Below, piece after piece: positions 9,684 to 19,031 of a stretch of 64,000 nucleotides of DNA (position 1 is its first letter; each line of letters starts with the position of its first letter). The notes beneath the pieces are model-generated. The model saw only the letters and a list, made by a program, of their open reading frames with translations. It was not told where the DNA came from and made no database searches. The position numbers and the translations under genes were made by a program. This DNA comes from a virus (Duplodnaviria > Caudoviricetes): positions 32,001-96,000 of IMG/VR virus record IMGVR_UViG_3300000203_000003. One strand, 5' to 3'.

Positions 9684-9874
9684 CTACTTTTAATTTTAAT
9701 GTAAACGATTTTCCTAATTTACGTGAGGAGTTTGGTCGATCAAACTATACCAATTGGATCACTTTTTTATATGATCTTGGGTATAAATTTCGTTGGAATC
9801 ATTATGCTTCAAATAAAAAATTCGTTGAAATGGATGAGGCTGATTTTGTGTGGTTCTCATTGAGGTGGTCATGA
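9680..9874 (+). CDS. small LRW-family protein 3
   Basis: ends FSLRWS. Confidence 0.75.
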   Translation: MTTFNFNVNDFPNLREEFGRSNYTNWITFLYDLGYKFRWNHYASNKKFVEMDEADFVWFSLRWS

Positions 9875-10119
9875 TATACACTGACATTAACTCATTGTAT
9901 CCAAACATTATGTCATATATACCACAGAAATTCTTCAAAATCGCTGAGGCTGAAGTGGATGGTGCCATGTGGTATACTCTGTTCATTGAACCTGAGGTTA
10001 TGATGTGGTTGAAGTCTATTAACTCATCTCAGTGGGTATATGAGCCCGGCGGCAGCTGGCGGCTGTATGTTGATGTTCACGAACAACTTTATTCGGCACT
10101 GGTGCTGCGCTGGGGTTAA
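9871..10119 (+). CDS. small LRW-family protein 4
   Basis: ends LVLRWG. Confidence 0.75.
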   Translation: MIYTDINSLYPNIMSYIPQKFFKIAEAEVDGAMWYTLFIEPEVMMWLKSINSSQWVYEPGGSWRLYVDVHEQLYSALVLRWG

Positions 10120-10120
10120 T

Positions 10121-10339
10121 ATGGCGAAGTATCATTCAGAAGGCGGCCAGTTTGACCCGGAGTTTAGACACCGGGTAAGCGTTGATCGTCCAACTTATGA
10201 AATGATCGAATGGTGTAATCAGTATCCGACGAAAGGATCCGGTGACCGGTATTACATAAAGTGGAGTCCTCGCACCAGTGCTATTTTTTCGTTTGAAACA
10301 GAGGAACCAAGTATTATGTTTGCGTTGAGGTGGTTATGA
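10121..10339 (+). CDS. small LRW-family protein 5
   Basis: ends FALRWL. Confidence 0.75.
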   Translation: MAKYHSEGGQFDPEFRHRVSVDRPTYEMIEWCNQYPTKGSGDRYYIKWSPRTSAIFSFETEEPSIMFALRWL

Positions 10340-10524
10340 AGGTATATCAAGTTGTGGGTTATCCGAAAAGTCATTACTTCGTCAGAACCTGGTGTGAGTT
10401 TGATGAGATAATGCGCTGGATGCATAAGAACAAAGTGGGCTATCTACATGAATCCTATAGCCATCACGGCATCGGATTCAGTCTTCGTTCTAATGCTGAA
10501 TGGTTTCTATTGAGGTGGGAATGA
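10336..10524 (+). CDS. small LRW-family protein 6
   Basis: ends FLLRWE. Confidence 0.75.
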   Translation: MKVYQVVGYPKSHYFVRTWCEFDEIMRWMHKNKVGYLHESYSHHGIGFSLRSNAEWFLLRWE

Positions 10525-10808
10525 AACTTAAAAAACTTGACAAACGAATGACTGGGTATGGTGACTTTCAATACTCTGTGGACTTCCCGGTTAACCGCGG
10601 TAAGGTCCTGATGGATTTCTTTGAAGTGCGGGAATGGTGCTTTGAACAATGGGGAAGATCCGCAGAGATTGATATATGGCAGAAGTTCCCGCAGATTCAG
10701 AATCCTGCTTGGGCATGGGAACGCGGAGAATACAACAAGATGTATCGGTGCAGAATCTTTCTGGCATCAGATAAAGAAGCTGAATGGTTTCTATTGAGGT
10801 GGTTATGA
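10521..10808 (+). CDS. small LRW-family protein 7
   Basis: ends FLLRWL. Confidence 0.75.
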   Translation: MKLKKLDKRMTGYGDFQYSVDFPVNRGKVLMDFFEVREWCFEQWGRSAEIDIWQKFPQIQNPAWAWERGEYNKMYRCRIFLASDKEAEWFLLRWL

Positions 10809-11089
10809 ATCTCTTTTACGAACTTGCTGATACTATGGTGTGTAAACGACCTGACGGACAAAAGTATCTGGCTCAGTATGGGCTGAAACTCAACAGGGTT
10901 ATGGATCCGGCAACTTTTGAAATGGTTGATACCCTCAACTACAACCGTCGAGCATTGTGGTATTCAGATAGAGTCTGGCTTGAGGGAGACACCGAAGTCA
11001 AGTATTTCAAGAATAGATTTACCGGTGACGATACAGTAGTTGATATGAAGGAATTTATGTGGATTAAACTAAAGGCTCAAACATTATGA
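10805..11089 (+). CDS. small hypothetical protein (possible divergent array member)
   Basis: ATGA overlap; ends EFMWIKLKAQTL. Confidence 0.7.
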   Translation: MNLFYELADTMVCKRPDGQKYLAQYGLKLNRVMDPATFEMVDTLNYNRRALWYSDRVWLEGDTEVKYFKNRFTGDDTVVDMKEFMWIKLKAQTL

Positions 11090-11334
11090 GTTGGCAAAAC
11101 GATTTGATAGAGGCTCAGAATTGGTTTAAGTTTGAACCAATGGACGCACAAACGCTGGCTGAACTTGATAAAGTGTTCCGAGCAAAACGCCCAGGACCCT
11201 GGAAGATGACCTGGAATAGAAACGCCGCGAACTATTCATACAACAGACTACGAGCAATGAATGAGTATCTGGTTTGCATTGTATTTGAAAATGAACAAGA
11301 CGAAGTATGGTGGTTATTACAAAATGGAGACTGA
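11086..11334 (+). CDS. small hypothetical protein (possible divergent array member)
   Basis: ends FENEQDEVWWLLQNGD. Confidence 0.7.
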   Translation: MSWQNDLIEAQNWFKFEPMDAQTLAELDKVFRAKRPGPWKMTWNRNAANYSYNRLRAMNEYLVCIVFENEQDEVWWLLQNGD

Positions 11335-11581
11335 GGAAGAATTCAACAAACGAGTCAGCAGATTCGTTCAACTGGGACTGATGATGGGTGGTAACATGCC
11401 AGTAGATTATATCACTTGTATTGAAGTGAACTGGTATGAATCGTTTGCTCTGCTACCGCACAAAACAATCGCCGGCAAATGGGTATGGTTCAGAAAGATA
11501 TTCAAACGACGAGTATGGAAATGCACCGGCTTCGCTGACGAACCCTTTACTGAATACGGAGAACTATTTGATCTGTTATGA
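11324..11581 (+). CDS. small hypothetical protein
   Basis: overlapping ORF in array. Confidence 0.65.
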   Translation: METEEEFNKRVSRFVQLGLMMGGNMPVDYITCIEVNWYESFALLPHKTIAGKWVWFRKIFKRRVWKCTGFADEPFTEYGELFDLL

Positions 11582-11976
11582 TTACCTATATCAAAGATAA
11601 AACTCGGCAGTTTTTTCATGCCCGTGATTTGAAACGGATGGGAATAACGCAGGCACAATATGATCGTGCGTATGATCCTGATATCAATTTCCGTGCCACC
11701 AGAGTGAGAGATATGTATCCGGGCTATCCGTATGTTTTTGAAAAACAATACTCTGATGCGTTCTGGAGTCAATTCGGCGACTGGGAACAGGGTCTGACTA
11801 TGATGAGAGTATGGTGCCAGGCGAACTGCCAAAGCAAATGGCGCGATGACTTTCACCGAGTGATGAAAGATTACTGGAGTGAATGGGTGTGTAGTGAAAT
11901 CGGCGGCGGAGATGTTCTGTTCTTCGCTTTCAAAAGTGAGCAAGAGTATATGTGGTTTACACTGAGGTGGGCATGA
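11578..11976 (+). CDS. LRW-family protein 8
   Basis: ends WFTLRWA. Confidence 0.75.
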   Translation: MITYIKDKTRQFFHARDLKRMGITQAQYDRAYDPDINFRATRVRDMYPGYPYVFEKQYSDAFWSQFGDWEQGLTMMRVWCQANCQSKWRDDFHRVMKDYWSEWVCSEIGGGDVLFFAFKSEQEYMWFTLRWA

Positions 11977-12206
11977 AATACAGAGAATACGAATTACTCA
12001 ATGATCCGGGATATGTTGATGAATATTGCGTCGATCTATCACCGTATCCAGTGGATCGGACCGAGGAAGAACGGGCTAAATTGTGGCAGATTTCAGTTGA
12101 TGCTATAGATAATTTTAACGCCGACTCATTGGGTTCAAGATTGTTTTTCAAATCTGATGATGACCGACAGAAGTTTTTAACTTGGTATACATTGAGGTGG
12201 ACATGA
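11973..12206 (+). CDS. small LRW-family protein 9
   Basis: ends WYTLRWT. Confidence 0.75.
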   Translation: MKYREYELLNDPGYVDEYCVDLSPYPVDRTEEERAKLWQISVDAIDNFNADSLGSRLFFKSDDDRQKFLTWYTLRWT

Positions 12207-12454
12207 AGTTCTGGAACAAAGATAAAGATATTCGGCGCAGATGCTGGACCAAAGTGAATCACCCTCTGAGGACTGCTCGTTGGGTGCTGAACTCAGGTGA
12301 TGCTATCTTTACCGAGCGTCTTCTCTATGAGGATTTGAAGCGTTGGTGTCAGCAACAGGCAAGCCCCGGACGATTCTATCACTACTACGGTGCAGATTCA
12401 TGGTGGTTTGAGAACCCACATGACGCCACGCACTTTCTATTGAGGTGGGCATAA
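12203..12454 (+). CDS. small LRW-family protein 10
   Basis: ends HFLLRWA. Confidence 0.75.
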   Translation: MKFWNKDKDIRRRCWTKVNHPLRTARWVLNSGDAIFTERLLYEDLKRWCQQQASPGRFYHYYGADSWWFENPHDATHFLLRWA

Positions 12455-12466
12455 CAAAGTAAATAT

Positions 12467-13681
12467 ATGATGAATAAACCTATCTTCTGCGCTTTAGCCT
12501 TCGGATCCGTAAACATAACCACTGAAAATAAGTATTTACCTTGTTGTAATGTTGTACACGGGGAATACAAGTCTAACTACCTTGATCTAGACTCGCCGGG
12601 CGTGCCAACGGCCCGTCTTAATAATTCATGGTTAGTTGATGTGCGGCGGCACCTGAATCAGGGAATATGGCATGAATCTTGTTCATTGTGCGAACACTCA
12701 GAAAAACAAGGCGGTCAGTCGATGCGTAATATTTGGAATATTGCTCTTGCTGACTATTATATTCCCGCTGACTCGGTCGTGAATCCGGACCATGTCAGAT
12801 ATATTAGTGTGGCGTTTAGCAATAAGTGCAATAGCAAGTGCATGACTTGTTCTCCGGATAGCAGTAGCCTTTGGTATGAAGAATTCAATGAGATATCTCA
12901 GGATAAATACATTTACCAGATAATACCGTCGACGGACAGAATACATAGCACCCCGGCCGCACTTCTCAAAACTTTTCCAAATGCTGAACATATCTCTTTG
13001 TTGGGCGGCGAACCGACTATCGCATTTGAGCATGATTCTCTTATAAATGAATTAGTTACTTCTAACAGAAGTAAAAATGTCAGCTTGACGTATGTAACCA
13101 ATCTCACGGGAATCACAGACGAACTCTTAGAAACCTGGAAAAAATTTAAACATGTTACTATTATGGCGTCGATTGACGGGGTGGGGCTGAGTAATGAGTA
13201 TATACGATATCCATTTAAATGGGAAAAAATTGAAAGAAATCTAACACGCCTTTTTGAGTTATCAAAAACTGATCAAATATCAGTTGGATTAAGTTGTACT
13301 GCTGGCATGTTTAACTGCATTGATATTGCTGATTTATTGTTGTATTGGTATAATAAAAGTAAAGAATATGGAATTGATTTCGGAGTATATGTAAATATAG
13401 TGACTAATCCTGAATATGTCGTATCTAACATAATGACAGATAAACACAGATCCGAGGGAATAGAACGATTAAAAATCGTAAAGGAATTATTCGATGCTGA
13501 TACCAATTTAAATACATCCTATTCCGCAGCAGTATCTTTATTGATTACTCATTTGTCATTGCCCAGAGCGAACTCTGACCTTATTAATACTGCAAAGCAT
13601 TTCATATTAGCATCCGATAAATTTAGAAATAGGAGTATCAAAGACTATATTCCGAAAGTATGGCAAGACCTATTTGAATGA
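12467..13681 (+). CDS. radical SAM protein with N-terminal SPASM/twitch-like Cys cluster
   Basis: CNSKCMTC (CxxxCxxC), GGEP, SIDG, YIRYP; N-terminal C..PCC..CxxC. Confidence 0.85.
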   Translation: MMNKPIFCALAFGSVNITTENKYLPCCNVVHGEYKSNYLDLDSPGVPTARLNNSWLVDVRRHLNQGIWHESCSLCEHSEKQGGQSMRNIWNIALADYYIPADSVVNPDHVRYISVAFSNKCNSKCMTCSPDSSSLWYEEFNEISQDKYIYQIIPSTDRIHSTPAALLKTFPNAEHISLLGGEPTIAFEHDSLINELVTSNRSKNVSLTYVTNLTGITDELLETWKKFKHVTIMASIDGVGLSNEYIRYPFKWEKIERNLTRLFELSKTDQISVGLSCTAGMFNCIDIADLLLYWYNKSKEYGIDFGVYVNIVTNPEYVVSNIMTDKHRSEGIERLKIVKELFDADTNLNTSYSAAVSLLITHLSLPRANSDLINTAKHFILASDKFRNRSIKDYIPKVWQDLFE

Positions 13682-13866
13682 GAAAGACATATAGATACGA
13701 CCATAAGATCAGCGGTAAAGAGGATAAGATCACCCTCGTCAAATGGCTACGGAGAAACTTAGGGAACAGAGGTGAAGGATGGGACTTTACTTTATCCGGA
13801 GGATATGTTACAATAGACATATGGGATTCGAGGCTCCAGACAATGTACGAAATGTGGAAAGAATGA
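13678..13866 (+). CDS. small hypothetical protein
   Basis: ATGA-coupled ORF. Confidence 0.65.
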   Translation: MRKTYRYDHKISGKEDKITLVKWLRRNLGNRGEGWDFTLSGGYVTIDIWDSRLQTMYEMWKE

Positions 13867-14090
13867 GAACAGACAAGCATACAAAACAGGACACCTGGCG
13901 ACAGCTAAAAGGGTTGGAGCCAGTACAATCTTGGAAATGTAGATTGGGCATTCATCAGTGGACAAATTGGGAATTGTTTGAAGATGAATATGAACGCGGC
14001 AGAGTATCAGTGGCACAATGCTATTGTGCCCGATGTGGCATGCCCCGACGAGAATCCCCACTGACACGAAAAACAAAGAAAGCAACATAA
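13863..14090 (+). CDS. small Cys/His-containing hypothetical protein
   Basis: CRLGIHQW...CARCG. Confidence 0.65.
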   Translation: MRTDKHTKQDTWRQLKGLEPVQSWKCRLGIHQWTNWELFEDEYERGRVSVAQCYCARCGMPRRESPLTRKTKKAT

Positions 14091-14093
14091 TGG

Positions 14094-14894
14094 CTATTGT
14101 CGATATTTACATTTATCGCCGTGCCACTTTTTAAGATTGGCGACATCCATTGATCTTTGACAATGGGGACAGGTGTCTAATATTTTTCTTTCCCCGAGAC
14201 CGAGAATCCATCCAATATTTAAATACGGACCAGTATCTTCCGGATCAAGTTGTTTTCTCTCGCTCGGATTGTTTGGATTATGTATCCATTGTTTCCCGGT
14301 GTTCGCTTCTTTGATTTTTTGTTTGTCTGCGTCAGTCCGACTTATTCCGATGTTCCATGGTTTTAGCCCGTTGACTACTAGTTTTTTCCTCGTTTCGGAC
14401 ATCTTGTGACACTCGGCCTCAGTTCTAGGGATACCTTTGTTCCATGCAGTTTTACCTCTCTTAGAAGCCGCAATGCGTTCTTTCCATTCTGGAGTGAATA
14501 TTTCAGTCGTTCTTTCAGGATGTTTTTTACCAAAGTTAGGATGGGCCTCTCCTCGTCGGCCCCGAAGAATCGCAGCCCGTTGTTCTTTGACTTGTTCGTA
14601 TATCCTAGATGATGGCTTGTATCTTTTGCCCAACTTCTTTGTATTAGACATGAACCACAGCGCATGAACCATTTTATATCTATTGTTACCTGTTGTAAAC
14701 TTTGGTAGAAGCAGATGACAGATGAAATGTTCCCGTGCAGTAAGTTTTACTATATTTGATGCGGCGTCCGTTCCGCCTAGGCTTCTAGGCAGAATATGGT
14801 GTTTCTCGGTATAGGCGTTCGGGTCATTTACCCTTGACAAGGCTACATTGATTATGTTATAATAACATTTATTATATTTGTTTAGTAAGTTCAT
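14094..14894 (-). CDS. HNH homing endonuclease with NUMOD3-like repeats
   Basis: EKHHILPRSLGG..NIVKLTAREHFICHLLL; AWNKG repeats; CPHC tail. Confidence 0.9.
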   Translation of the reverse strand: MNLLNKYNKCYYNIINVALSRVNDPNAYTEKHHILPRSLGGTDAASNIVKLTAREHFICHLLLPKFTTGNNRYKMVHALWFMSNTKKLGKRYKPSSRIYEQVKEQRAAILRGRRGEAHPNFGKKHPERTTEIFTPEWKERIAASKRGKTAWNKGIPRTEAECHKMSETRKKLVVNGLKPWNIGISRTDADKQKIKEANTGKQWIHNPNNPSERKQLDPEDTGPYLNIGWILGLGERKILDTCPHCQRSMDVANLKKWHGDKCKYRQ

Positions 14895-14940
14895 GTGGTT
14901 CTTTCTATTACAATGTATTTATACTTAAAGGAAAATAAAA

Positions 14941-15483
14941 GTGTCCCACATTATGATCGACTGCGAAACGCTTGACACAAGCCCGTTTTGCGTATTACTT
15001 ACAATCGGCGCAGTGATCTTTGATCCTAAGGGAACAGGCATCATTGACAAAATTGATCTGCGTCCAACGATGGAAGATCAACTTGAACTGGGACGAGTTA
15101 TCAACGATGACACTGTTCGGTGGTGGGGTAATCAATCTGTTGCTGCTCAGGAGGAAGCACTCGGTGACCGTGATCGTATTCCGTTCAAAGAATGTATGGA
15201 GAAACTATACAAGTTCTGCTGGAATCGAAACTATGTCTGGAGTCACGGTGCAGCGTTTGACGTTGTGGCAATGGAAACATCGTGGGCATCTCTTGGCATG
15301 AGTGAACCTTGGTTGTTCCATACAGTGCGAGACACCAGAACTCTGTTTGATGTAACCGGTGTCAGTCTGAAAGATGATGGATATGTCACAACTCACAAGG
15401 CATCAGAAGATGCAGCGCGACAGGCATTCATTGTGCAGAAAGCATATCAAAAACTGATCAAGGCAGGAGTTACCCCTCCGTGA
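14941..15483 (+). CDS. DEDDh 3'-5' exonuclease (DexA-like)
   Basis: MIDCETL, WSHGAAFD, RDTRT, HKASEDA. Confidence 0.85.
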   Translation: MSHIMIDCETLDTSPFCVLLTIGAVIFDPKGTGIIDKIDLRPTMEDQLELGRVINDDTVRWWGNQSVAAQEEALGDRDRIPFKECMEKLYKFCWNRNYVWSHGAAFDVVAMETSWASLGMSEPWLFHTVRDTRTLFDVTGVSLKDDGYVTTHKASEDAARQAFIVQKAYQKLIKAGVTPP

Positions 15484-16064
15484 AGTTTCAAGGTGACGTA
15501 GATATAGATTTTGCTTCCCGAGAATTGATACTGGAGCATATCAAGCATATCCCTGCAGCGATGCGTAATGTCACTCCGATTCGCAAACATGCCACTGGTG
15601 TTCATATCACCGATGTGCCATACGATCCTGTCCATGACATGGCTGCGATTGATTATTCTAAAGCAGAGAAGCGCGGCTACTTTAAGTTAGACTTGTTGAA
15701 TGTTCATGTATATGAGAAGGTCCGTGACGAAGCGCATTTGAAGTATCTGATGCGTGAGCCCAATTGGAATCTGTTGAACGACAGTAAGTTTGTCAGCGAA
15801 TTGATCCACTTGAGTAATCACTTTCATTCTATACAACGCATGCCAGAACCGATTGACAGTGTGCCTCGACTGGCAATGTTTTTGGCACTAATCAGGCCTG
15901 CTAAAAAGCACCTAATAGGAAAACGATGGAGTGAAGTAGCGAAAGAAGTGTGGGAGAAGGATGCTGACGGTGGCTATAGTTTCAAGAAGTCGCATAGTGT
16001 CGGCTACGCGCACCTTGTAATCGTTCACATGAACTTGCTCAGGGCAGACGCCGAACCAGTGTGA
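15480..16064 (+). CDS. miniature DNA polymerase III alpha (DnaE)-like protein
   Basis: DVDIDF, KHATG, FKLDLL, ALIRP, YSFKKSHSVGYA. Confidence 0.8.
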   Translation: MKFQGDVDIDFASRELILEHIKHIPAAMRNVTPIRKHATGVHITDVPYDPVHDMAAIDYSKAEKRGYFKLDLLNVHVYEKVRDEAHLKYLMREPNWNLLNDSKFVSELIHLSNHFHSIQRMPEPIDSVPRLAMFLALIRPAKKHLIGKRWSEVAKEVWEKDADGGYSFKKSHSVGYAHLVIVHMNLLRADAEPV

Positions 16065-16419
16065 TACTGCGGCGTTTAGATCGTCGTTTAGTAAGTTCAG
16101 TCATACTACAGACTGGACCATGAAGAACAACTAAACTCTTATTGTTGAATGTTCTGATATACGGTTTGAATGGTGCCCAGTCATCTTTAAGAAATAGATT
16201 GATTGGGATAAGTCTGTTTGATTCCCACCACCATATATCACCGAGAGATAGAAACTTCTCTTTCAACACTCCGTCGAGTATAGATCCGTAATCATATATA
16301 GTGGTTACCACATCATCACGATTCTGAACTATGCCAACGTAGTCTTGACCGGCATAACTGACGATGGTGATGAATGGGTGATTTTCAGTTAGACGCAGGA
16401 AGAAATCGTTAGCAGACAT
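16039..16419 (-). CDS. hypothetical protein
   Basis: 126-aa ORF, WWWESNRLIPINLFL. Confidence 0.7.
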   Translation of the reverse strand: MSANDFFLRLTENHPFITIVSYAGQDYVGIVQNRDDVVTTIYDYGSILDGVLKEKFLSLGDIWWWESNRLIPINLFLKDDWAPFKPYIRTFNNKSLVVLHGPVCSMTELTKRRSKRRSITLVRRLP

Positions 16420-16478
16420 TAAGTTTATTTATCGGGCAAAAGGTTAATCGATTTAATAGTTTGCAGACTAAATACAAG

Positions 16479-17249
16479 ATGTATTCCACACAAGTATTCC
16501 TATACACTCAGCGCCAGATAGTTGTTTTGCTATCTGGCACTTCACCGAGGTCATATATGCCCCAATACGCTAAACCACTTACGCTGCATCGCGGCGTTGA
16601 CAATCAACTCCAATTCAAGTTTCTGAACCAAGAACAAAAACCCGTGGACATCACTGGTCTGGAGATTACCTGTAGAATCATCAACGCTGACGGAACCGCT
16701 GTGCTATTCAACAAAGCACTTACCCTGACGCTACCATTGACCGGCCTTGCCGTGCTGACCATGAATGCTGCGGACCTTGAAGATATTGACGCACAGAAAT
16801 GCTCTTACTCTCTGGAGATACCAGTTAACAGTCTGGGTCTTCCCGTATTCGTTGATCAGAACGCAGGTGCCCGCGGCGACATGTTCATTGTGAACTCAGT
16901 GATGCCAAGCTTTGTTCCGTCTTTCTCTGTCTCTATCCCGTCAGGTCAGCCGTTCCCGAATATCTCTAATACGGCAAACGCCAACTCGCCGGGACAGACT
17001 TACTTCTCCAGTGTGCTTGATAATAACAGCAACCCGGTTCTGACCCTACAGTCAACATACGACGGTTACTATGGTAATGTTTCCATTCAAGGTTCGGTGA
17101 TCGAATCCGCAGATTGGTATGTCATTGATACCTATTCATACGCTAACGCAGCAGATACCAAAGGCTACACTGTTAAAGGATTCCATCCTTATATCCGTGT
17201 TGAGTATGTAAGCAACTGTGGCGCGGTCACGAACATATTGGCAAGATAG
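16479..17249 (+). CDS. putative virion structural protein
   Basis: beta-rich sequence; TAAATA box 4 nt before ATG. Confidence 0.6.
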   Translation: MYSTQVFLYTQRQIVVLLSGTSPRSYMPQYAKPLTLHRGVDNQLQFKFLNQEQKPVDITGLEITCRIINADGTAVLFNKALTLTLPLTGLAVLTMNAADLEDIDAQKCSYSLEIPVNSLGLPVFVDQNAGARGDMFIVNSVMPSFVPSFSVSIPSGQPFPNISNTANANSPGQTYFSSVLDNNSNPVLTLQSTYDGYYGNVSIQGSVIESADWYVIDTYSYANAADTKGYTVKGFHPYIRVEYVSNCGAVTNILAR

Positions 17250-17251
17250 GA

Positions 17252-17320
17252 ATAAATAGAAGTGTAGTCCACGAGTCTCTTACCTCTCCGACTACTCTAC
17301 TGCTAAAAAGGAGCACCAGC
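17252..17320 (-). ncRNA. endonuclease-associated two-hairpin element, copy 3 (inverted)
   Basis: reverse complement GCTGGTGCT..AGCAGTAG A GTAGTC G GAG..CTC GTG GACTAC ACTTCTATTTAT. Confidence 0.7.
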
Positions 17321-18000
17321 ATGAGTATTTATTCAAAAACCAATCCTCCCGAAGATTCCTATTTATACGCCTATTTACGAGAAGATGGGACGCCTTATTA
17401 TATCGGCAAAGGGACTTACAGACGAGCCTGGGAAAAGGGTAGAGGAGAAATTCAACTTCCTAGCGATAGAAACAGGATAGTAATATTAGAAGCCGGGTTG
17501 AACGAAGTAGGTGCGTTGGCGTTAGAGCGCCGATATATACGTTGGTACGGACGAATGGATAAGAATACAGGAATCCTTCGGAATATGACGGATGGCGGTG
17601 ACGGGGCAGCGGCGCAGTTCGTTCCGACGATTGTAAATTGTTACATAAAGTTATCACAACTAACTACCATGCTGCCTTATCCGAAACGCAGATAAAAACA
17701 AGGGCTAATAATTGTTCAGCCGGCCAACGAAATCGTTTTAAATTAACGCCCGAGTCAGTATTAACTAAAGAACGAAAGAGCAAATCGCATCAAGGTAAAT
17801 ATCTGATAATTAGTCCGGCCGGTGAATCTCATTCCGCGGCGTCGGGATTAAAAGAATTTGCCCTAATACATGGTGATCTATTGCAGGTAACATATTGGCA
17901 ATTATTCAACGCATATAGAAAATCTTATCATACAATCCCAACCAAAAGAATACGAAGTGATGCAAATAATTGGAAAGTAACCCGCATTGATAACGACTGA
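17321..18000 (+). pseudogene. GIY-YIG endonuclease split by a 1-nt frameshift at GGGG 17603-17606
   Basis: [18 protein letters not shown]...[10 protein letters not shown], then continues in the -1 frame into ORF 17638..18000. Confidence 0.75.
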
Positions 18001-18044
18001 CCATTTGCGATTGCTTTACGAGAGTGTTTAGTGTATAATAACTA

Positions 18045-19031
18045 ATGCTTAACATAGCCTCTATTATTCCCGGAAAGAAAAAGAATACCAGTACTGGGTG
18101 GTTAACTTTTAATTCAGTATGTTGTCAGCACCGCGGTCACAAAGCTGACAGGCGAATGCGCGGTGGTATTAAAGTAGAAGGAAATACCCAAATATACCAT
18201 TGTTTCAATTGTGGATACAGTTGCGCCTTTACTATGGGCCGGAGCATCAATCAAAAGACAACTAATCTTCTCAACTGGTGCGGGATAGACACTGAACAAA
18301 TTCAGCGATGGTCATTTGAGTCGCTTCAACGCAAAGACTTGTTAGACTTTACACATACGAAGAAGCATAAATCAAAGATAACATTCAAAGAGTTCAAGGT
18401 GCCACCAGAGGCAACTCTTCTGGATCAAACAAATCCCGAACACCAGCACTATGTTGACTATCTTCTAAAGAGACACATCAATCCAGCAGAGTATCCATTC
18501 ATGATTACTCCGGGCATGCCGGGACGATACAGAAATCGGATCGTTATCCCGTATACATACAATAACAAGATCGTCGGACAGACAAGTAGATTTTTAGATA
18601 CGCTGACACCAAAGTATCTCAATGAACAGCAACCGGGATATGTATTTGGTATCGACTTTCAGAAGCCTGAGTGGCAAGTATGTATTCTGGTCGAAGGGAT
18701 ATTTGATGCGCTGAGTATCAATGGCTGTGCCCTCACACATAACACGATCAATGAGGATCAGGCCAGGTTACTTGCACAGTTGAACAGACGCATCATTGTA
18801 GTACCAGACAGAGACTTGACTGGTATGGATATATGCGACCGAGCATTAGAGTTAGGATACAGCGTCAGCATACCTGATTGGGCACCGTACATAAAAGATG
18901 TGAATGACGCAGTAGTAGAATATGGGAAGTTGCCGACGCTGTTAAGCATATTAGAAGCGGCAACTTCATCAAAGATAAGAGTAGAAATTCAAAGGAACAA
19001 AATTGTCAAAAGATTACAAAAAGGAAGATAA
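18045..19031 (+). CDS. DNA primase (T4 gp61-like)
   Basis: Zn-binding C..H..CFNC; TOPRIM VEGIFDA, PDRD, KDVND. Confidence 0.9.
   Translation: MLNIASIIPGKKKNTSTGWLTFNSVCCQHRGHKADRRMRGGIKVEGNTQIYHCFNCGYSCAFTMGRSINQKTTNLLNWCGIDTEQIQRWSFESLQRKDLLDFTHTKKHKSKITFKEFKVPPEATLLDQTNPEHQHYVDYLLKRHINPAEYPFMITPGMPGRYRNRIVIPYTYNNKIVGQTSRFLDTLTPKYLNEQQPGYVFGIDFQKPEWQVCILVEGIFDALSINGCALTHNTINEDQARLLAQLNRRIIVVPDRDLTGMDICDRALELGYSVSIPDWAPYIKDVNDAVVEYGKLPTLLSILEAATSSKIRVEIQRNKIVKRLQKGR

Noticed and set aside
9430-12454. TGAGGTGG repeats as a CRISPR or guide-RNA array
   Set aside because: Repeats are short, irregularly spaced by about 185 nt or more and separated by full ORFs; no cas genes
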